Shown piece by piece: positions 15,138 to 20,000 of a DNA stretch of 20,000 bases. Origin of the DNA: an uncultured virus (IMG/VR IMGVR_UViG_3300028809_000010) (Duplodnaviria; Heunggongvirae; Uroviricota; Caudoviricetes); the IMG/VR virus record IMGVR_UViG_3300028809_000010, one strand, 5' to 3'. The notes below the pieces were generated by a model that saw only the letters and a list, made by a program, of their open reading frames with translations, had not been told where the DNA came from and ran no database searches. Positions within the stretch are counted from its first letter, which is position 1; the number at the start of each line of letters is the position of its first letter. The position numbers and the translations under genes were made by a program.

Positions 15138-15551
15138 GTGAGGTATCAGGCCCTGTCCGGCGAGTGGCTGGAAGGGTCTCCGGTCGGCCCCGGTCCGAAA
15201 GCCAGGACTGTCTGGGTGATGCGGCCGGATCAGACCTTCGCTGTGGTACAGCCTGCGACCGGCGCCAACCACGGAACCGAAGTCGAGTGGGATCAGCCGC
15301 AGTTCCTCGAGCCGGTGCCCAGGCAGGTGGAGGACTTCGCCCGGGAGATCGTCGACCGCCACCGCGAACTGGTGCTGACCTTCCGGCAATGCGGCATCGA
15401 GACCACCCCGGCCGGACCGGAATACGAAGCGGCCGTAGCCATTCTGAAGCAAGCCGAAGCCGCCAGGGCCAGCCGGACCCCGTTCATCAACGCCCACGGC
15501 GGCAACAAAGCCATATCCGACAAACGATTCAAAGAGCTATCAGGAGAGTGA
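15138..15551 (+). CDS. Hypothetical protein (137 aa)
   Basis: GTG start with GAGGGG upstream; fills the gap in the operon. Confidence 0.6.
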   Translation: MRYQALSGEWLEGSPVGPGPKARTVWVMRPDQTFAVVQPATGANHGTEVEWDQPQFLEPVPRQVEDFAREIVDRHRELVLTFRQCGIETTPAGPEYEAAVAILKQAEAARASRTPFINAHGGNKAISDKRFKELSGE

Positions 15552-15552
15552 C

Positions 15553-15810
15553 ATGAGCAAATTCGAACTCGTCGCCGAACTTCCCTCGAAGGGTCCGCGC
15601 GGCCGTAAGCCCGATCCGCTGCTGCTGGAGTTCGCCGACTTCCTCCGCGAGAACAAGGGCCAGTGGGGCAAGTGGCCGATCGACCACAAACCGTCGACAC
15701 TGGCGACCCGGGTCAACCGCATCAACAAAGGTCGAGATCCGATCTTCTACGCCGAGGAGTTCGAAGCGACCGTGCGTAACGGCGTGCTGTACGTGAGGAC
15801 GCTGGCGTGA
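15553..15810 (+). CDS. Small basic hypothetical protein, possibly DNA-binding (85 aa)
   Basis: SD AGGAG; ELP..GRK, LREN.GQW, FEATVRNGVLYVR. Confidence 0.7.
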   Translation: MSKFELVAELPSKGPRGRKPDPLLLEFADFLRENKGQWGKWPIDHKPSTLATRVNRINKGRDPIFYAEEFEATVRNGVLYVRTLA

Positions 15811-16214
15811 GCGAGACACTGCGGAACCTGCGCAAAGCGAAGAAACTGCTGGCACTCGGCGGCGTCGGCGACGGGGCGCTATACAGGCGGCCGTGGCGCG
15901 AGGGTCTGCAAGACTACGGCCCCGGTCAGTACTGCTCGGTCGGGGCTGTCGCGGCGGTGAAGCTGGGCCTGCGGGGCTCCCACCTGAACGAGCGGAACGA
16001 CAAGATCGACATCATCGACACGGTATCGGCGACGTGGCCGGAGATTCGGGAGCTGGCCGAGACCGTCAGCCAGCGGACCGGCCACGAGTTCATCGACCCC
16101 GCGTCCGAAACCGTCTACGACTACAACGACAACTGGCCGGATCAGGGGGAGCGCACCCGGGAAATGCTCAGTGTCTTCCAGGAGACGATCGAGCGACTGG
16201 AGGCGCAGTCATGA
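15807..16214 (+). CDS. Second DUF6197-like protein
   Basis: LRKAKKLL..GG...YCSVGAV...YND...EMLSVFQETI. Confidence 0.65.
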   Translation: MSETLRNLRKAKKLLALGGVGDGALYRRPWREGLQDYGPGQYCSVGAVAAVKLGLRGSHLNERNDKIDIIDTVSATWPEIRELAETVSQRTGHEFIDPASETVYDYNDNWPDQGERTREMLSVFQETIERLEAQS

Positions 16215-16600
16215 AGGTTTGGGCGGTATACGACTACAGCGAACCCGGCGAGCCCGACCTCTACGACAACCAAGAGTCCGCCGTGACGCACGCCGAGATC
16301 GAGGGGCTGGAGGTGTCCGAGGTCGAGGTGAAATCCGCGTACGAGGCCGAGATCGTGTGGACGACGTCGTTCGCAATCGTCGGACGTTTCTCTTCGGACG
16401 GCGTCCGGGCGGAAGTCCACCCGAGCCCGCCGTATCGGTCCAGGGGCTTCCGAGGCAAGCCTGTCGAACTCCGCGAACAGGAGCAGTGGAACAGCGGCGG
16501 GAGCTACACCTGCCACGTCTACGGCCCGACCGAGCAGAGTGTTGTCGAGGCCCGGGACCGCAAGATCGAAGAGATGAAGCAGGCGTTCGGGATCTCATGA
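16211..16600 (+). CDS. Hypothetical protein (129 aa)
   Basis: ATGA overlap, SD GGAGG. Confidence 0.7.
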   Translation: MKVWAVYDYSEPGEPDLYDNQESAVTHAEIEGLEVSEVEVKSAYEAEIVWTTSFAIVGRFSSDGVRAEVHPSPPYRSRGFRGKPVELREQEQWNSGGSYTCHVYGPTEQSVVEARDRKIEEMKQAFGIS

Positions 16601-16830
16601 AATCGAACTGGCACGTAATCGCCAACACTTTCGGGTCCTACTGCTCCTTCGTCTCCAATGTCGACGGGGACGGAAACACGCTGTTCGTCCAAAAGAGGCT
16701 CGAGGAACCGGGAGTCTGGGCCGTCGACATGGGCACCAACTCCCCCCTTCGCGACCGGCGGTTCCTCACCCAGCCCGAGGCCGAGAAGTACGCGGCGGAA
16801 ATGAGAGCTGCGGACGCGGCTTCTTCGTAA
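16597..16830 (+). CDS. Hypothetical protein (77 aa)
   Basis: ATGA overlap; ends at TAA 16830. Confidence 0.65.
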   Translation: MKSNWHVIANTFGSYCSFVSNVDGDGNTLFVQKRLEEPGVWAVDMGTNSPLRDRRFLTQPEAEKYAAEMRAADAASS

Positions 16831-16834
16831 CTGA

Positions 16835-16946
16835 TTTCTCCGATGGTCGGCAGGACTGGTAACACCGCTCTCTGAAAGCGCAAGGGCTGCTGGGCGCTAA
16901 TTCATCGACCAAATGGCGTGGGTTGGCAGCGGAGACGGGACCATCG
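16835..16946 (+). ncRNA. Structured intergenic RNA, candidate guide for the tail-gene insert
   Basis: 145-nt gap in an otherwise overlapping operon; closing stem CGATGGTC (16841-16848)/GACCATCG (16939-16946); hairpin GCTGCTG/TGGCAGC; 16903-16925 is antisense to 44-50 and 80-93. Confidence 0.6.
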
Positions 16947-16975
16947 CAAACCCCGAAAGAAAGGGTGTATTCGGC

Positions 16976-17236
16976 ATGTCCGAAACAGAAAATCCCGAGC
17001 CGATTCCCAAGGCCGCGTTGAAGATCCGGCATCTCGAGGGTGAGGAGGACGAGGTCATCGAAATCCACTCCTCCCGAGGCTGGTGGGTCCGCGTGACCGA
17101 TCCTCTCGACTTCAACCCCGAAGACGCCTGGGGAGACAAGCCGAAGATCGAATTCGCCGGGGCGCCAAGATGGTCCGAGATTTACCTCCTGGATCGTGAT
17201 GGCATCAGGAACAACTCGGTCAGGTACAGCGTTTGA
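16976..17236 (+). CDS. Hypothetical protein (86 aa)
   Basis: SD GAAAGGGT before ATG 16976; TTGA-coupled to the exonuclease. Confidence 0.7.
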   Translation: MSETENPEPIPKAALKIRHLEGEEDEVIEIHSSRGWWVRVTDPLDFNPEDAWGDKPKIEFAGAPRWSEIYLLDRDGIRNNSVRYSV

Positions 17237-18042
17237 GCTCGGCCGACGACATCCTGGACGTAGACGGGTACTGGAAGCGCGAACTCGAGGATGACCTGCG
17301 GGAGCTGCTGACGATCGCGGAGTCACAGCGACCGAGAAATCTCCAGCGCGCGTTGGGGCCTTCGGAGGTCGGTCATATGTGTAAGCCCCGGTTGGCGAGA
17401 GGGTTGGTCTCGGCGCGCCAGCCACTTCTCGGCGGGGGGATCAACACCAAGTCCGATCCGCTGGCCTCGATCATGGGGACGGCGATGCATGGTGTGGCCG
17501 AGCAAGGGGCGATTCTCAAGAACGAGGCGCTCAAAGCTCAGGGCGAGAAGACGCGGTGGATTCCGGAAACGAAAGTCACTGTCCGAGAGGGCTTGACGGG
17601 TACGGCCGATCTGTACGACCTGCTCTACCAAGCCGTCATCGACTGGAAGTTCCCCGGGACCACGGCCTTCAAGAAGTACTCCACCCACGGCCCGAGTGAT
17701 ATCTACCGGGGCCAAGCGCACATGTACGGCAGGGGCTACAAGAACCTCGGCTTCCCGGTGAAGTACGTCGGGAACATGTACGTCTGCCGCTCCGGGACGA
17801 TGCGCATGACCAAGCTCTGGATCGAACCGTATTCGGACGAGGTTGTCGACGAGATCCTGGCCAAGCTCGACCGGGTGGAAATGCTGATCGACGAGTACGG
17901 CTGCGAGCGAGATCCCGAGGGCTTCTTGCGTATCCCGATCAGCCCCGGCGACGACTGCCATTTCTGCAACTTCTATTCCCCCGTTCCTGAAGGGCCGTGG
18001 CAGTGCGGTGGCAAGGACGAGAAAAGGGTTCCCCATGAGTAA
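17233..18042 (+). CDS. Cas4/RecB-like PD-(D/E)XK exonuclease
   Basis: GPSEVGHMC, GTAMH, E..V, GTADL, IDWK, QAHMY and C-terminal CHFC..C Fe-S ligands. Confidence 0.88.
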   Translation: MSSADDILDVDGYWKRELEDDLRELLTIAESQRPRNLQRALGPSEVGHMCKPRLARGLVSARQPLLGGGINTKSDPLASIMGTAMHGVAEQGAILKNEALKAQGEKTRWIPETKVTVREGLTGTADLYDLLYQAVIDWKFPGTTAFKKYSTHGPSDIYRGQAHMYGRGYKNLGFPVKYVGNMYVCRSGTMRMTKLWIEPYSDEVVDEILAKLDRVEMLIDEYGCERDPEGFLRIPISPGDDCHFCNFYSPVPEGPWQCGGKDEKRVPHE

Positions 18043-18370
18043 GTGGAAGAAGCTCAACCGCCACGGCACCAAAGAGAAGTCCGACTGGCTGACCCAGCTG
18101 TGGTTCCACGGGACGGAAAAGCAGTTCTCGAAGTGGATCGACGACATCTGTCTCCTCAAGAGCAGCAAGGGCTTCGAGCTCGGGACGCATCAGCAGATCC
18201 GGGAAGGCGTGGGGGATTACCTCGACCCGGCCGAACGGGCGCTGAAAGAGATCGAGGCACTGATCCAGCGAGCCAACCAGGACAGCGAAGTCCACAAGGC
18301 GTATATCTCCGGCCTCGGCACGGCCCGAACGATGCTGCGCAAAGAAATCAACAGCAGACACGGATTCTAG
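18035..18370 (+). CDS. Hypothetical protein (111 aa)
   Basis: SD AAAGGG, overlaps the exonuclease end. Confidence 0.65.
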   Translation: MSKWKKLNRHGTKEKSDWLTQLWFHGTEKQFSKWIDDICLLKSSKGFELGTHQQIREGVGDYLDPAERALKEIEALIQRANQDSEVHKAYISGLGTARTMLRKEINSRHGF

Positions 18371-18378
18371 GAGAAGCA

Positions 18379-18897
18379 ATGTCAGACATCGACTTCGACC
18401 GCCTTCAGCCCCTGCGGGTAGCGGTCGGATCGCACCAAGAGGGTTCGGGCCGAGGCTGCGCGATGAACGTAGTCAGCTACGTCACCGGCGACACCAAGAT
18501 CACCGACTACCCCGAGTGCAGCCACTCATATCTGTCCAACATCGTTCAAAAGGTCAACGACACCCTCGGGAGGCGACGAGGGCGGAGCGAGATCAGCGAG
18601 CAGGGCGACGCCACCTACCTCACCCCCGAGGACGCACTCACAGTTATCGAGCTGGGTCTGCTGACTGTCGATACGGCCGGGAAAGAAGATCTGTTCGGCC
18701 CAGGTCAATTCACGCATGCCCAGAAGCTCGCAGCGGCGTGGACCCGTCTCCGCACCAACTCGCAATCTGTGCCCGACGAAGTTCTCGACATGTACATCAG
18801 GGAGACGCGACAACTCCTGCTGGACATCCGTGAACACCTCGGCCTCGCGGAAGCACCGAAAGCCGATCGGGTGGCCGAAAAGCTGGTGACGGCATGA
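18379..18897 (+). CDS. Conserved actinophage hypothetical protein (172 aa)
   Basis: SD AGGAG; GSHQEGSGRGCAMNVVSY..GD.KITDYPEC...VND motif. Confidence 0.75.
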   Translation: MSDIDFDRLQPLRVAVGSHQEGSGRGCAMNVVSYVTGDTKITDYPECSHSYLSNIVQKVNDTLGRRRGRSEISEQGDATYLTPEDALTVIELGLLTVDTAGKEDLFGPGQFTHAQKLAAAWTRLRTNSQSVPDEVLDMYIRETRQLLLDIREHLGLAEAPKADRVAEKLVTA

Positions 18898-19379
18898 CCT
18901 CTCTGGCCGAGCTGAAGCTTAAGAAGACACGTTGCGAGGAACAGATCACCAAATCGCGGCACTTCATCGAATCCCTGGAGCGGTGGATCGAGTCGGAGGA
19001 GCTCGACCTCGAAGCCCGGCAGGCGCGACTCGAACGACAGCAAGGGGCCCTGAGCGTCCGCCAGACGGATCTCGACCGTGCCCAGAGCAGGTTGCGGGAG
19101 GTCGAGGCCGCCATCGCCGCCGAGAAGATTCCGCCGGAGCCGGACGTCGATTTGATCCGGTGGTCGAAGCGGTTTTCCTTCTCAGGCACTCGATACGACT
19201 ACGCCGCGCTCAAGGCTGGGGGCCATTGGTACGTGACTCGCTCGGCCATGTCCTACACCTGGGAAGAACTGGTCAAGCGGATCAGCAAAGGATCGGCAGA
19301 TCCCGTCGTCGTCTTCTCCGGCAACAACCGCCCCTTTCTGACTATCGAGCCCGGCACCCCCACAGACCCATTCAAGTAA
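18894..19379 (+). CDS. Coiled-coil hypothetical protein (161 aa)
   Basis: ATGA overlap; long heptad region then YDYAALKAGGHWYVT domain. Confidence 0.7.
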   Translation: MTSLAELKLKKTRCEEQITKSRHFIESLERWIESEELDLEARQARLERQQGALSVRQTDLDRAQSRLREVEAAIAAEKIPPEPDVDLIRWSKRFSFSGTRYDYAALKAGGHWYVTRSAMSYTWEELVKRISKGSADPVVVFSGNNRPFLTIEPGTPTDPFK

Positions 19380-19397
19380 GGGAATAGGAACCAAGGA

Positions 19398-20000
19398 ATG
19401 ACAGAACAGCAGCAGCGCACAGCCGACGATCTCCTCTTCGGAGGAAGTGGTCCGGCCGCATGGAAATTCGATGCACCGGGGGCCTATCACGAAGGCATCG
19501 TCGTCCAGAAGGACACCCAGCCCGCGCGGGAGTACAACCCGAACCCACAGGCGCCGGTCGTCTACAAGAAGTACCCCGGAACGGACACGGTCATCGAGGA
19601 GATCGTGCTGACTCTCCAGACCGAGGAACGAGATCCCGCCAAGCCCGGTGACACGGGTCTGCGCCGGTGGTTCATCAACTCGCTCGACCAGAAGCAGAAG
19701 CTGGCGGCGGCGATCAAGGCCACGGGCGGTAAGTCCATCGACCTCGGTGGCAAGGTCGGGGTCCGCTTCACCCACGAGGAGGGCGCCAACCGCAAGAAGA
19801 TCTACGACGTCACCTGGGCCCCGGCGGCGGATGTGGCACTGTCCAAGCCCGCCCCCGCCCCCGCCGTCCAGTCGGCCCCGGCCGCTCAGGCGGCGGCTCC
19901 GGTGACCCAGGCGGCTCAGCCCGTCGACGTCACCAATCTCAAGACCCTGGCACAGGCGATGTTCGACCAGGGTGTCCCGATCAAGGAATCGGTCAAGGCC
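19398..20000 (+). CDS. Actinophage single-stranded DNA-binding protein-like, 3' truncated
   Basis: Open from ATG 19398 to the window end: LLFGGSGPAAWKF, IVLTLQTEERDP..DTGLRRWFI, AAIKATGGKSIDLGG.V.VRF, KIY; near the Cas4-like gene. Confidence 0.7.
   Translation, partial: MTEQQQRTADDLLFGGSGPAAWKFDAPGAYHEGIVVQKDTQPAREYNPNPQAPVVYKKYPGTDTVIEEIVLTLQTEERDPAKPGDTGLRRWFINSLDQKQKLAAAIKATGGKSIDLGGKVGVRFTHEEGANRKKIYDVTWAPAADVALSKPAPAPAVQSAPAAQAAAPVTQAAQPVDVTNLKTLAQAMFDQGVPIKESVKA

Noticed and set aside
16858..16940. Twister ribozyme (TAACACCGC...GCGGAG resemblance)
   Set aside because: P2 does not pair (CACC versus AGCG) and the L4/T1 pseudoknot elements are missing.
16841..16946. tRNA-Gln(CTG), or a SAM or glycine riboswitch
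   Set aside because: An anticodon-like hairpin exists but there is no T arm or CCA; riboswitch similarities are limited to short words.
17233..18042. CRISPR-Cas locus
   Set aside because: No repeat-spacer array or other cas genes; stand-alone Cas4-like exonucleases are common in actinophages.

Overview
GC-rich actinobacteriophage or prophage segment; LGFP repeats, a DUF1906+amidase lysin and WhiB genes point to a Mycobacteriales host, possibly Nocardia. Order: end of the tail module (1-2974), lysis cassette (2971-5265) and terminator; a SigA-type promoter with two palindromic operators driving small genes (5318-7761); a terminator-bounded XRE-regulator cassette (7876-9491); a divergent repressor/Cro-like switch (9613-10444) with no integrase in view; a structured non-coding RNA region bracketed by two aberrant tRNA-like folds (10638-11019); and a long early operon (DUF4258-like, 2 WhiB, 2 DUF6197-like, Cas4-like exonuclease, SSB-like). 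Main observation: the minor tail gene at the left edge is interrupted at a conserved motif (GGHSMPGV|NEMISAA) by a 51-nt in-frame hairpin insert carrying a TGA stop (44-94). A separate structured intergenic RNA about 17 kb away (16903-16925) is complementary to both ends of that insert and would bring them together at the boundaries predicted from the protein. This suggests an RNA-guided trans-excision/splicing or bypass system controlling a virion gene. Family assignments are from recalled motifs; no searches were run.
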